Source of the DNA: Schizochytrium sp. TIO01
Lineage: Eukaryota; Protista; Bigyra: Labyrinthulomycetes
Direction: 5' to 3'
Assembly: GCA_004764695.1 (NCBI GenBank)
Contig: SMSO01000035.1
Coordinates: forward strand, 4,352,040 to 4,416,039
Length of the DNA stretch: 64,000 nucleotides
A program made the position numbers and the translations under genes. Below, piece by piece: positions 23,194 to 34,909 of this stretch (the first letter of the stretch is position 1; each line of letters opens with the position of its first letter). The notes under the pieces were generated by a model that saw only the letters and a program-made list of their open reading frames with translations, ran no database searches and had not been told where the DNA came from.

Positions 23194-25360
23194 GAACCAG
23201 CCCACCTGGGTGTCCATCTCAAGGTTGGCAGATCACTAGCTCTATAACTATAAGTATAAGATGTCTTCTGCCACTTATCATGCTTTCTGATCAACCTCTG
23301 GCTGCTCAGAGATCAGCTTCCGGTAGTTCTGCAATTTAAACAAAGATCTACAATATAGTACTTCTGCTCTCCAACAAGGTTTTGCTTCTACATAAGTTGA
23401 GCTCCATCACTACCTGGAAGAGAGACAGTGGAGTATTTTAGAGGCAATTGGAAACTAAATCTGCCCTGATGCAGAACGCCCATAATGAATAAGAGGCACT
23501 ATATCAGACTGAAAGATGATGAGGTAGAATTTCAAAATAACTAGGCCTGATGAACATTCACTCTCCACACCGACAACCACTCAAGGCGTAGATGAACCAA
23601 GTATCGAGAGAAGGACAATGCCAGACCACAAAATACTTTTAAAACTAGGCTGTAGGCTCGAATTTGCAACAGTTTAGGCTTACCATGTTTTCTAAAAGTG
23701 AAATGTCTCTACAATAGCAATCACAAAGCCAATGTTTGCTTACAGAAAGGGATCAGAAGTTGCGCAATGCCGAGGAGTACTTTATGTTTCGTTCACGTAG
23801 CATTTGTAGAAGCTCTCTATCAAGTTTGGCTGACCTGAATATTACATGGTGCTATCATGAGCTGAGTGAAATTAAGATGGGGGGCTGGTCAACCTTATGA
23901 TAATCAGTATATTGTCAACAATAAGCAAGCCACTATCTCCGGTAATCACGTGTTGACCTATGCGGGGGCAGTTGCTCAACTTTTTGCTAACCACCAAGGG
24001 ACACGCCAACATGTAAGGAGATGTTTATGATGTTACTTTCCAAATATCATAACTGCCCAAATGAACCACAGACATCCACTATTACTTTCTATTATCGAAA
24101 GATCATACTTGAAAATAATAATGCTTATTCGGAGGGATACTCGAGTATATCCCAGCAAATCACCTTTTGCAAGACAACTGGTATAACATTATAGCATCAT
24201 GCTATTGCTGTTGAATAGTGTTGTGCATTAAAATCTGACCTCCATGTTATCAATCTACAGGATTTCTAATCCTATACCGCTGACTGAAGGCCTATGTGTA
24301 GACTTTTGGAGCGCCCAAACACATTCTAAGACAGCTAAGTTTCTTTGGTTTGACAATCACACTTCAAATTCTCTTTTATCTACCTCCTTTTACTTGTTAT
24401 TCATATCGATAGTCTATCTCCCTAAAGTCACTTTGATTTTCTCCTTGGAGTTGTCTCACATACTGCAAGCCCATCCTCCAAGCAACTCACATCAGATTGC
24501 CATTCTTACATTTTCCCCAATAATAATAATAATCATCATCATAACAACAATCAATGAAGTGTCAAAGCCAAACAAAAATTAATCAAACCTTTCCTTCCTC
24601 TGGATGGCTTCTCGGGCCTTTCCCATGCCAAACCTATCATGCCAAGCCAGCTGCGCCTCCAATTGGCCAATCGCTTTCAAGAATCGTGCCGCGGCATACC
24701 TCGAAATTCCGGGACTAGGGCCTGGCGCTCTCAGATGAGAAGAAACGATAAAATATATGAAACACCAAAAAAGAAAAGAAAAGAAAAAAAAAAAAGAAAA
24801 AAACCAGCATAGAAAAAAACAGCAGTTACCTTAATAAACGAAACAAAATACAAAATATGGGTAACAGGTAACCACGTACCTGCCGCAGCGAAGACAGACT
24901 AGCGAGCAAACTCCTGAGACCACGAGCCAGCCGGTGGGGCGAGCGAAGGGTAAGCGGGGCTGGGGCCTGCCCCCCTTCTACTCTGTGTCTTACCGCCACA
25001 GGCATAGATAGGCACAGAAAGCATCGGCAGGTCCGGTTGGGCCTCTCGAGGGTGTTCTTGAGGCGCTATAGCCTACTTAGCTGCCGTATACTTTAGTGTA
25101 TTGCGCTTCTTTCTCTATTTGAGAGGGCTATAACTCACTGTGGAGCAACGCCTACTATAGGCTAAAGGGCACTTGCAAAGGTTAACATGAATTAGTATAG
25201 TCCTAAATTGAGAACAAGAGCAGTCAGTCAGTCAGTCAATCAATCAAACCAACAAGCCTCTCGCGCGCTGTGGAGCTTGCCGTGGAGCTCGTTCGCGAGG
25301 CGGCTCGCCGCGCAGGAGCTGTGTTGGCGGCCGAGCTTCGGTTAGAGGGGGCCGATCAGC

Positions 25361-27460
25361 ATGGCGCCTGCGGAGACCGGCACGGCGAAGGAGACTTCGA
25401 ATGGACACTGTGCAGCGAAGACAAGCGATGATGAAAGCGACGATAAACAAAACAAACGAAGCGCTGGCGATGAAGGGGAAGTGATGGTGTTGGATTTGAC
25501 ATCAGACGAGGCAAAACAGCTGATGAAGGTAGCGAGTTCATCGGAGTCTCCGGCTCCGATTACAAGATTGGCCTCCTCATCTTCGGGTTCGCCGATATCA
25601 GCATCTGAGGAAAGCCTTGCATCATGTGGAGTGGATGAAGACATACTGAGCGAACGGGACTTTGATAAGATATTTTCTTTTTTGCGGGAGAAGGAAGGAT
25701 GGATTGCAGTAGAGGACGCCAAGATGGGTTTAGTTTATATCCGTCCATCAAACATAGTAAAACAGATTGGCTTCAAGGGCAAGCTTCACAAGCTTCACGC
25801 AAACTTGGACTACTTCACCAGTAAACAGAAAGTTGTTGATTGGGTGAGTTCTAGGGAGAACATGCTCATTGGCTTTGCAGCTTACGAATCGTTGTGTTCC
25901 TTAAGCAATTCTCAGACTCTATCGACTTCAACTGCGCCGGCACTACTCTACTCACCAGATCTTGTAGAAGATATAATTTCTAATACTTCAACACAAACCA
26001 ATGCAAGTCCATCTACACAAACATCTCAATCACCCGATCTCCTAGAAAACTCGCAAAAACGCAAAGCAGAGTCGGCAAAGAATGACACTGCGATTCGAAA
26101 AGGCAAGCGCAAATCGATTGACCTTGCAGAAAGTTCTGGGAATGACCCAGGCAGTGATATAGATACCCTATTTGTCGAAAAGGAGAGTGATTCATCTCTC
26201 ACGACTCTAGCCTCATTAGCCATGAATATTGAGCACGATAAAGAGTCTGTATCGCGTGAAAGCCATCACTCTAGCACAAGCTCGAGCTCTGACACTCTAC
26301 GAGGTCTTTCAGATCTTGAACATCGGCATTTTGAAAGTGAAAAGGACTATCAGGCATCATCTAGGTCTAGGTCCCGCAAAAAAGCATCTGCTCGCTTCAC
26401 TGTGATGCAAGACAAGTTTGCAAAAGAAATCTCTTGGGAAAATGAAACAGTTTTGGACATGCGAGACCAAAATCAAAAAAGACTTAGTTACGAAGGCTGG
26501 AACATCTGGTTAGACAAAACTTTAGATGCTTTGGGTGGATGGAAGGCTGTGGAATGCTCATCTGTGCGTTTAGGGTCAAATGACTTCAACCGTGAAAGTG
26601 TCTGCAGCAACAGGGCCTCTACGAAGCAATTTCGGGCTCAGTACGGTCGCGCGAATCCACATCTTGTGCAAACATGTATTCGAGAGGCCAAAATCACAGA
26701 AAATGACAAATTCATTGACATTGGTTCTGGAATTGGGCAAGTAGTTTTCCAAGTTGCATCTTGCGTGGGCTGTCCAAGTATTGGAATCGAATTGCTTAAA
26801 GAACGCCACGGCACCGCTGTGGCACTCAAACGCCTGCACGACAAATTTTGCGAGGATCATGGAATTCTCTCTGGCGCAACCAAATTTTTTTTTGATGACT
26901 TTACACGGCCCGATCGACGCGATCTACTCAAAAGCGCAACAGTATTCTTTGTAAATAATGCACAAGGTACATTCGGTGTACGATGTGTCGAAGCAGGCAC
27001 AATGACACTTGATATGCACGTTGCTGCAATCGCTCGTCGAGCAATGATAGGATCTCGATTCATTTGCTTTGATCCAATTTATGAACTTGAATGTGAAGAG
27101 CTGTTTGCGGCTTTCCGTGTCCGTAGGTTTCGCACCCTGCAATCTGCGACAGACTGGTCAGCAGATCCCCTAGAAATTACCATCTATGAGAAGATGTTAA
27201 ACACATGGACTTGCCCAAGGTGTACCTTCGTGAATGAACTGACGGATCCACTAGGCGAACCATTCTATTCATGCGGTGCGTGTAGCCAAGACCCGCATGG
27301 TATGCAACGTGAAAGCTACTCAACCCGTTCGAAAAGAACTAGCGTTCGCCTTGGTCTTCAGTGTAGCAATAAGCCTATCAAAAAAGTGGTTGACAATAAT
27401 AGAAGAACACCAAACGTCAAAGCTTCGTCAGCCTCTGACGATCCCATTGTCCTCAACTAA
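25361..27460 (+). CDS. DOT1: DOT1-family histone H3K79 methyltransferase with a C-terminal RanBP2-type zinc finger
   Basis: AQYGR, KFIDIGSGIGQVVFQVA, SIGIELL, FFFDDF and ATVFFVNN match the DOT1 catalytic core. WTCPRCTFVN...CGAC is a RanBP2-like finger. Confidence 0.85.
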   Translation: MAPAETGTAKETSNGHCAAKTSDDESDDKQNKRSAGDEGEVMVLDLTSDEAKQLMKVASSSESPAPITRLASSSSGSPISASEESLASCGVDEDILSERDFDKIFSFLREKEGWIAVEDAKMGLVYIRPSNIVKQIGFKGKLHKLHANLDYFTSKQKVVDWVSSRENMLIGFAAYESLCSLSNSQTLSTSTAPALLYSPDLVEDIISNTSTQTNASPSTQTSQSPDLLENSQKRKAESAKNDTAIRKGKRKSIDLAESSGNDPGSDIDTLFVEKESDSSLTTLASLAMNIEHDKESVSRESHHSSTSSSSDTLRGLSDLEHRHFESEKDYQASSRSRSRKKASARFTVMQDKFAKEISWENETVLDMRDQNQKRLSYEGWNIWLDKTLDALGGWKAVECSSVRLGSNDFNRESVCSNRASTKQFRAQYGRANPHLVQTCIREAKITENDKFIDIGSGIGQVVFQVASCVGCPSIGIELLKERHGTAVALKRLHDKFCEDHGILSGATKFFFDDFTRPDRRDLLKSATVFFVNNAQGTFGVRCVEAGTMTLDMHVAAIARRAMIGSRFICFDPIYELECEELFAAFRVRRFRTLQSATDWSADPLEITIYEKMLNTWTCPRCTFVNELTDPLGEPFYSCGACSQDPHGMQRESYSTRSKRTSVRLGLQCSNKPIKKVVDNNRRTPNVKASSASDDPIVLN

Positions 27461-28880
27461 GCTACTGCCAAAAATACTTTCAGCTCGCTAGACTCTTGGA
27501 GTTGCTGCGGGCAGTCCATTTATTCTTTCTGTCTTGTTAAAGAGTCCTAGCGTTGCTGATGAGGTTATTTCTGGTGGCTATGTAAGTTCATAATTTCTTT
27601 TAAATGTTGAAGACAGAAGAAATACTTGTTAATCTGGATTAGATAGCATGTTGTCCCGCTTCATGTTCAGACCTCTCAGTTACCTATATTGAAACTAGAA
27701 TTAAACTGATTTCCACGATACTCTCTTTTTTTGTGTCATTTGCCGTTTCCAGCTACTGCTTAAACTTGCATTTATACCAACATATCACTTAGCCGGTTGT
27801 GCTGTACTTCTCTTCTCTTTAGAATGATCTAGAAATGGAAACGTTCTTTTAATTTATATATATATATATTTAACGCACATATATAAAGCACGTAGAATAG
27901 CTTATACAATGTGATATTTGTTTCCAGCAACAAAAAAACGCAAATCAACAGAGTTCCTTTTGTATCATATTAAACTTACATATCAAGCAACATGAGGCAT
28001 ATCGTTAAAAGCAAACATCAGTTAGCCTGTGAACTCGCCTTGTAGTTTAGGCGATTCCTTGATTCCTTTTATCAATGCAATTTGTACAATGAATGTGCTG
28101 AGCACAGAAATCACGTTGTCATTAGCATTAGGCAATACAAAGTCGTACGTGCCCCCCTGTCCAGCTGATTAGCAGCCCCCATTATCTCAGTTGCTCTCCT
28201 CGTGACTGCCAACTAGTACTGCTGTCTACTATAGAGGTAGAGCACAAAGTCACTAGAATGGAGTACATAGTCTAAAAGTCTAAAAAAGCGCTCTCATCTT
28301 TCGCCACTTTCTCATAAGCGTTCGCTTGATCCCTTGTCTTGAAACATTTGCCCCCAATAATTAGTCATAGAAAGTAATTACTGTTCCCTTTTTCTCTAAT
28401 AACAAACTACGCGCACATTTCAAATTCAAGCCAAGCCGTTTTCACCTTTTCATTAAAATTTTCGGTAGAAACCCACTATCACCACATTTCTTGCTTCGTT
28501 TCTAAAAAGAATAATGTATTCTATTTAGGCAATTATTTCTCATTTAGCTCTCTACTGTATTGGAGAGGTCCCAAGTTAGTTATTCTGTAAATAGTTCACT
28601 GTAGTGGTTCCTTATCACCTTTGCGCGTATTTTTTGCTTGAGTTGCAGAGAAATGAAAATCGTTGTAAAACGGAGAGAAAGAACTTGCAATCAATTGCTG
28701 TTCTTTGAAGAGCTTGCTCGCTGTGGTTCCAGCCTCGAGCGAGGAACTTCGCGGCAAACACTTGGGAACTAAACAAGGGGACCTCTGACCTGCTGATAGC
28801 GCCTGCTGCGGTCAGGGACCCGTCCACAGGTTCGGGCGGCATTCTCAACATCGGCGGTTGTACACTGAGAGGCAAGCAGC

Positions 28881-31517
28881 ATGGGCGGCGACACGCAGCA
28901 GGATGCTGTGGCAGATTGGGAGCAGTGTAAGGAGAATGCGATGCCAATCAAACGAGGACGCGATGTGAAAAAACTTCAGCCTCTCGGTGGTAAACGTGAT
29001 ATCTCAAGTCGCAAGGACAAGCTTGAGCGTGAGCGTGAGTCCTTTGAGGAGGCCTTGGTCTCCGCAACCAGCGACGGTGACATGGAGGACCCTCTAGCGG
29101 TCTGGATCAAGTACATTAAATGGCTTCAAGACAACTTCCCTTCTGGTGACACCGAGCTCCTTGCGCTTCTCGAGCGATGTACCCGAGAGTTCAAGGACGA
29201 CGAGCGGTATCGCAACAACGAAAAGTATCTCAAAGTCTGGATCGGCTATGCAGACCGCCTCCACAACCCTACAATGGTTTTCAAGTACCTTCGCGAAAAC
29301 AAGATTGGCGACAAGCTTGCACTCTACTATGTTGCAACTGCATGGGCTGCGGAGCACCGTGGGAATTTCTCCATCGCCGACAAGGCCTACACTGTTGGGC
29401 TTGAGAAAAAGGCCGCGCCACTAGAGTTGCTGAAGAAGCGGCAGCGCGAATTTCAACGCCGCATGAGCCGGCGCTGGCTAGACCAGGCTGAGAAAGAACG
29501 CAATGGCGAAGTCGACCCCGACCAAGATGAACAGAGAGCAGACGCCGAGGCATCTAGAGCGAGGTCTTTGCAGCCTATCTCCAGGAGCGAAGCAGCTTCG
29601 ATGCATAGACCGATCGGAAACTCAAGAAGAACAGAAATGATGCATCCGAATGTCTCGGGACGTGCAGTCCTTGGAGGAAATTCGAACTCCAACGAGACGA
29701 ATGCTCAAAAAGATAAGGCTTCGCGATTTGAGGTGTTTGAGCAGAGGTCTGCACAGACAGAACCGTGGCGCAAAGACGATTGGGGCGACGAGAATGACAA
29801 CGATGAGGGCAACGATGATGAAAATCGACGAGGCACAGCCTGGAAGAACCTTGCGGGAGTCAAGGAACTCCAGAAAGAGAACAGCATTGACCCGGCACCG
29901 TGGACCCATCAAGGATTTGGACCTGGTACTGTGGCACCGAGGCGACAGGAACGTACACGAGGACAAGACGGAAGTGAGGAAGGAGAGCAAACGGCGTTTG
30001 ATGTATATGTAGAGGAAGGAGCCGGAGGCATTCGGTCCCCGCGTGCGATAGAGAAAGGAGAGTCCAGCGCAGGAGGACTCAAGATGCGATCGAAGGTTGA
30101 TGAGTCTGAGACGGAGATGCTCATGAAGAAACCTCTTCAGAACTTTGGCAAAGAACGCGCTCCACAGACGACTCGCACTCCTGCTGTCAAGAGCAAACCC
30201 TCTGCTGTTCCTGGCGAAAAGCTACCTGTATTAAGTGCTGTGAAGTCAGAAAGGGGCGCTGAGAGGGAGCGCGCATGCCCTGAGGAAAAGAAACAATCGA
30301 ACTCACAATCGCAATTGCAGTCGATGGGGGAGCGAACCCCGGCGCAAGGCAACTCTAATGCTACAGCACCAAACGGTTTGGACCGAGCTGACCAGGAAGA
30401 CATGACGATTAATACTCGACTTGCGCTGGATGACATGTTTGAAATGTTTGGGTCCCCAAGTATGAAGTCTGGTTCTGATGAAAAACAGAAAAAGAGTGTC
30501 GGAGTGCCTGCAGTCTCAGTATCTACTGTTGACACTCACAACGAAGACAGTAGTGATGATGAGAATGACGATGATGAGAGAAACTGTAGCCGTGGAGGAA
30601 GCGACAATCAGTCTCGCAACAGTGGCGGAGCGGGTGTACCATTTTCCATCTTTAACGCTGAGGAATCTCCAGTGCCAAAGCACGAATCCTCAAAGCCTTC
30701 TAAGCCCTTTAGTGTTTTTGACAACACGGACGAGGGAGACCTTGACGTAGTAAAGGATGAACCTAGACCATCCAAACCTTTCAGTATCTTTGGTGCGGAA
30801 GATGAAACCGAAGCCCCCAGCAAGGCCGCTGCCAAGCCATTCAGTATCTTTGGTGCAGAAGATGAAACTGAAGCCCCCAGCAAGGCCGCTGCCAAACCAT
30901 TCAGTATCTTTGGTGCGCAGGATGATGTTAATGAGGAAGATGAGCAAAGCAACCGCATTGGCGGCTCTTCGGCAGCAACAAAACTAATGTTTAAAGATGA
31001 TAGTGAAGATGATGAGAGTCCTTCTCTTCTGGGTGGTGGTATCACAACTCGTAAGAAGCCCTTTTCAATTTTTCAAAGCGATTCCCCGTCTAAGCACAAA
31101 GAGGATGCGCCTAAGGCGCGCAAACCATTTCAGATGTTTGGTGATGATGACGATGAGGATGACGCACCGGTCGTAAGTACTGGTGGTCGTAAGCCTTTTA
31201 GCATTTTTGCGGAGTCGTCAGATGATGACAGCACTATGTCTGCGTCTCGGAATAAGTCAGCCTCAAGCAAACCCTTTTCCATCTTTGGTGATAGCGAAGA
31301 TGCTGAGGAAATTAAAGGTGCATCCTCCAGAGGAGACTCCAAGGCGCGCAAACCCTTCAGTATCTTTAGCGGAGACGATGCGCACGATTCAGAAAACTCT
31401 GCATCTGGAGCTCACGATGACTCGACCTTATCGTTTGCTCCGCTTGAAGCTATTCTCGAGGCAAACGGCGAAACAGACGAGTCTGTGATGTCTTCTATGT
31501 CCCGAACATATAATTAA
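28881..31517 (+). CDS. MAD3: Mad3/BubR1 (MadBub) spindle-checkpoint protein without a kinase domain
   Basis: WEQCKENAMPIKRGR (KEN1), a Mad3/Bub1 TPR region (DPLAVWIKYIKW...ERYRNNEKYLKVWIGYAD...IGDKLALYY), FEVFE-KEN-FDVYVE (ABBA-KEN-ABBA cassette) and a CD1-like DMTINTRLALDDMFEMF. Confidence 0.9.
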   Translation: MGGDTQQDAVADWEQCKENAMPIKRGRDVKKLQPLGGKRDISSRKDKLERERESFEEALVSATSDGDMEDPLAVWIKYIKWLQDNFPSGDTELLALLERCTREFKDDERYRNNEKYLKVWIGYADRLHNPTMVFKYLRENKIGDKLALYYVATAWAAEHRGNFSIADKAYTVGLEKKAAPLELLKKRQREFQRRMSRRWLDQAEKERNGEVDPDQDEQRADAEASRARSLQPISRSEAASMHRPIGNSRRTEMMHPNVSGRAVLGGNSNSNETNAQKDKASRFEVFEQRSAQTEPWRKDDWGDENDNDEGNDDENRRGTAWKNLAGVKELQKENSIDPAPWTHQGFGPGTVAPRRQERTRGQDGSEEGEQTAFDVYVEEGAGGIRSPRAIEKGESSAGGLKMRSKVDESETEMLMKKPLQNFGKERAPQTTRTPAVKSKPSAVPGEKLPVLSAVKSERGAERERACPEEKKQSNSQSQLQSMGERTPAQGNSNATAPNGLDRADQEDMTINTRLALDDMFEMFGSPSMKSGSDEKQKKSVGVPAVSVSTVDTHNEDSSDDENDDDERNCSRGGSDNQSRNSGGAGVPFSIFNAEESPVPKHESSKPSKPFSVFDNTDEGDLDVVKDEPRPSKPFSIFGAEDETEAPSKAAAKPFSIFGAEDETEAPSKAAAKPFSIFGAQDDVNEEDEQSNRIGGSSAATKLMFKDDSEDDESPSLLGGGITTRKKPFSIFQSDSPSKHKEDAPKARKPFQMFGDDDDEDDAPVVSTGGRKPFSIFAESSDDDSTMSASRNKSASSKPFSIFGDSEDAEEIKGASSRGDSKARKPFSIFSGDDAHDSENSASGAHDDSTLSFAPLEAILEANGETDESVMSSMSRTYN
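30775..30920 (+). repeat. 60-bp coding tandem repeat (KPFSIFGAEDETEAPSKAAA), about 2.4 copies
   Basis: ttcagtatctttggtgc recurs at 60-bp spacing (30780, 30840, 30900). Confidence 0.9.
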
Positions 31518-33727
31518 GATAACCAACATTTGATTCTTTCTGTGCTATCGTAAATGTAATCTTCAAAAATCCCTTGAGAGGTGCAATCATAAATTCTGCT
31601 TACAACTACCGAATTAAAATAATATATGCTAGTCTAACCTAATATGAAGTCCAAGCAACATCCTTTTGGACTTACCCAGTTTTTCTACAGTTGCTTAAAA
31701 GGATTAATGGAGACAAAGAGTTCTATCCTGGTATTTATTATTTATCGAGATTGTTTTCATGAGCGTTTTATACACAAGAATGGGACGCAACAAACAGACT
31801 TTTCAAACTGATATGGAAAAGGGGCCTAGAAAGTACAGTTGTATTCAAGCATGCGTAGTATGTCTAGGCCTAGCCCAGCATATCAGAAGTTTAACTATCA
31901 TTGTTCTTGATTCAATCATCTGAAGATACTATAGATTCATCGAACGGAACTGACTTATTAACCTATATATTTTATTGGAAGTCAACTATGTTGGTTCACT
32001 AATATTAGAGCACTGGTTAATAAGGTGGTCTCTCTTTCACCGGTGACAGGTTCTGATGACACCTTAACTTTATTATTGTTTACATTCACCCTTTTAATAT
32101 TTTTTAAAGTCATGATGATAGTGCTTGAGTGGATTTTCCAATCCTGATAAATATAGTCTGAATAGATATGCAACCTTTAAGGAGGCTCCCGAGAGAGAAC
32201 AGCAAACTCACTTGTTCAAGGTTTTAGTTTCTACTTGGACTAATTTTTTATTGCAATCAAGAAGATGTTTTTTACGAATGTTACATCTTCGTTCCTTAAC
32301 TGGAAGCAACAGTGATGGGCGCTGAGTCGAAAGCTGGCCAAGCTACACAAGTATAAAGCTTCGAATCGTATGTCAAATGATGCAAGTTATGCAAGTTAGC
32401 TTGAGGAGGTCGTATGCAAATATTTGACTGGCTTGTTACGAGTCAAACTCTCGCGAATAGTAAAGGTATCCAAAATGTCTGAATGCAAGACCATGGCCTG
32501 AGCAACAAAAGGTCGTAATTATGTGAGAAGATCAATGATAGGATTATAGAAATCAACAATAGGGATACTATATAGGCTAGGAGAACTTTTTTTCCCATCT
32601 AATATATTCTACTGGAAAAGAAATATCACAAAATTTTAAAAATAGGATTTTGGAAACAGGAAACTTAAGTCAGTAGCGCTAGAATGTCATTGCAAACTTG
32701 ACAATAATTACGTGGAAACATGCTATTAAATATAAGAGATTCTGCCGGTACTATTAAGTTCAAGATTTGAGCAGATTCTATGGAGAAATCCGATGAAAGT
32801 ATATATGCTAGATGATCAAAGTTAAATTAAAAAGTCCAATGCTTCATCAATTATGGTAGTGTGATTGGAAACTTTAGCTTTGGAGACGTAGGTGGTGATA
32901 AAGTTATTGCTAATTTCCTTTTTTCCAGGTAGCACTAAGTGAACTCTGAGAACAACCGGAAATTCAATCCTTGAAATTATTTGACCCATACTAATTTCCC
33001 TATTACAATGCGTAGATTGAATGAATCACCAGAAGGGGATGATTACATGGATGTTTGGAACTAGGTTCACTACAGAGATGCCTATTTTCACTCCCAAGTA
33101 TGTTAGACATCCCGAAATCGCGTAAGATGGCATAGTAAAGACACAAAAAATATTTTTATTTGTTAAAAACAGGCACAGTCTACCGCTCACAAACTCACTC
33201 AAATTCGAACAAAACAAGGAAAGAATTTTTTTTAAACTGTATGCTCCATTTACAATAAACACATCGAGACTTGCTCGGGTTCATAGCTTTTAACGAAGCT
33301 TCAAGGGAATTAAGTTGATCAGAAGTCGCTTTAAAAGACATGTCATCTGTACTATTATTTCCCCCTCTGTGAGAAGCTGGAAATAGCTAATCAAGCAACG
33401 GATTACCTGATAATAAATTAGTAGTAGGAACTTTTGCTGTTTAAAGTGGGAAAATTGAAGACGTTAATTGTGGGATGTAACTTTTGTAAAAACAATGCTT
33501 TTATCTTAAAGTTGTACAGAGAAAAATTAATGACAGTGGTAGGTTTGAATGAGTGTCTAGGCAGCGGTGTGAGAGCACTCGTGAACGTAGCCGGGTTTTA
33601 GAATTGTTGGGAGACTAAATCTAATTCTGGAAGATTGCGCTGGATAAGTCGATAAGGAAGTTCACCCCAAGCTAAGTTCCACAGCGCGACAGAACCAAAC
33701 GAGTACGTTCTCGCTTAGGAGTCATGG

Positions 33728-34909
33728 TTACAGTCCCTTGTTAAAAAACACCTTCTGAGCTTTCCCATGCAGACTAGGCTCGAGCATTGATGTTGATACT
33801 ACCATTTCTTGGCGGAACATGCCGAAGGTGACTGGAACAGCCAGTTGAATCATAAGTCCAACGGTGCACAACATAATAGGCATACGGAGAAGCGGGGCGT
33901 GGCGTGCAAGTGGAGCTTCAAGGGCTTCCATAATGAGTGGCGTGCCTACAAGGATGGGGAATGCAGCAGCGACGCGAGCTATAATGCAAGATCCTGTCGC
34001 AAGGAAGCCTGCGCGGCGGCTAGTGCCGATGTACTCTCCAGATTTTGTGTCAAAAACATCCACGCCCTGCAGGAACTCCGATTTACGCATGATAGACAGA
34101 TTGAATACGTCTGCAGCAGCAACAGCACAGAATGGGGCAAATTTGCTAAGACGGGGAAACCTGCCACTGGTTAAGAAGAGAGCCATTGCAACTGAGGATG
34201 CCGTGGCAGCCAAGTAAGCCATGGCGCGCTGGGAGAAAGATTCCTCGTTGGTGGTGTTGCGGTTTGCGTGGTAGTGAAGTGCGTTGTAGGATTGATTTAG
34301 CCACTGTGCAAAAATTGTTTGCATGGGCCCTGATGCGCTAAGCATGACAGCATCGAGCATCATATTCATGGGCACAATCATGCTGAGACGAAGTGGGGCA
34401 AAGATCGGTTCGTGGGTCTGGGGGTGAATGACTGCGTTACGCATTCTTTCCAATTCCTCCCTACGCTGCTTCTCAATGTCTGTAAGAGCTCGTTCTTCAG
34501 CTCGCTCCTGAAGAAACTTTAGCTCGTGCATGGCGCATTTTGCCTCTTCAGCAGTTACAAAAGCGAGCCTAACGTCAAGCATGAAGAACATTCGCGCCAC
34601 TCGAGACCAATCTGAATTCAACAAAAGGAATTAGTACAGTAATTTTTGTGTTTACGAGCGAACACCATGGGCCCCATGGTCAGCGCCCCGGCATATGTAT
34701 GGTCACCGTATGAAATAGTTTGGTAAATATGTAAACGAGTTCGTTAGTTCGGGTCTGTATTTTATCCTTTCTTTTTCAGGTCTGTTCGAAGCAGTCAAGA
34801 ATTGAAACTTACATGAATCTTCGTGCTGCTGTACTGGTTCATGGTTCTCGTTGGGGTCCCTGACTTCTGACGGCGGCACTGCCGAGGGCGAGCCTTCCCA
34901 CTCCTGCAT
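33728..34909 (-). CDS. Sideroflexin (mitochondrial carrier, SFXN/Fsf1 family); exons 34909-34813 and 34611-33728
   Basis: Motifs HPQTHEPIFAPLRLS, QWLNQSYNALHYHANRN, PFCAVAAA..NLSIMR..E and terminal FFNKGL. A GTAAGT donor and CAG acceptor splice in frame to give EDSYWSRVARMF. Confidence 0.9.

Noticed and set aside
24600-25100. GC-rich patch with splice-like signals upstream of DOT1 (possible ncRNA)
   Set aside because: I recognise no snRNA or SRP motif and cannot build a coherent exon model.
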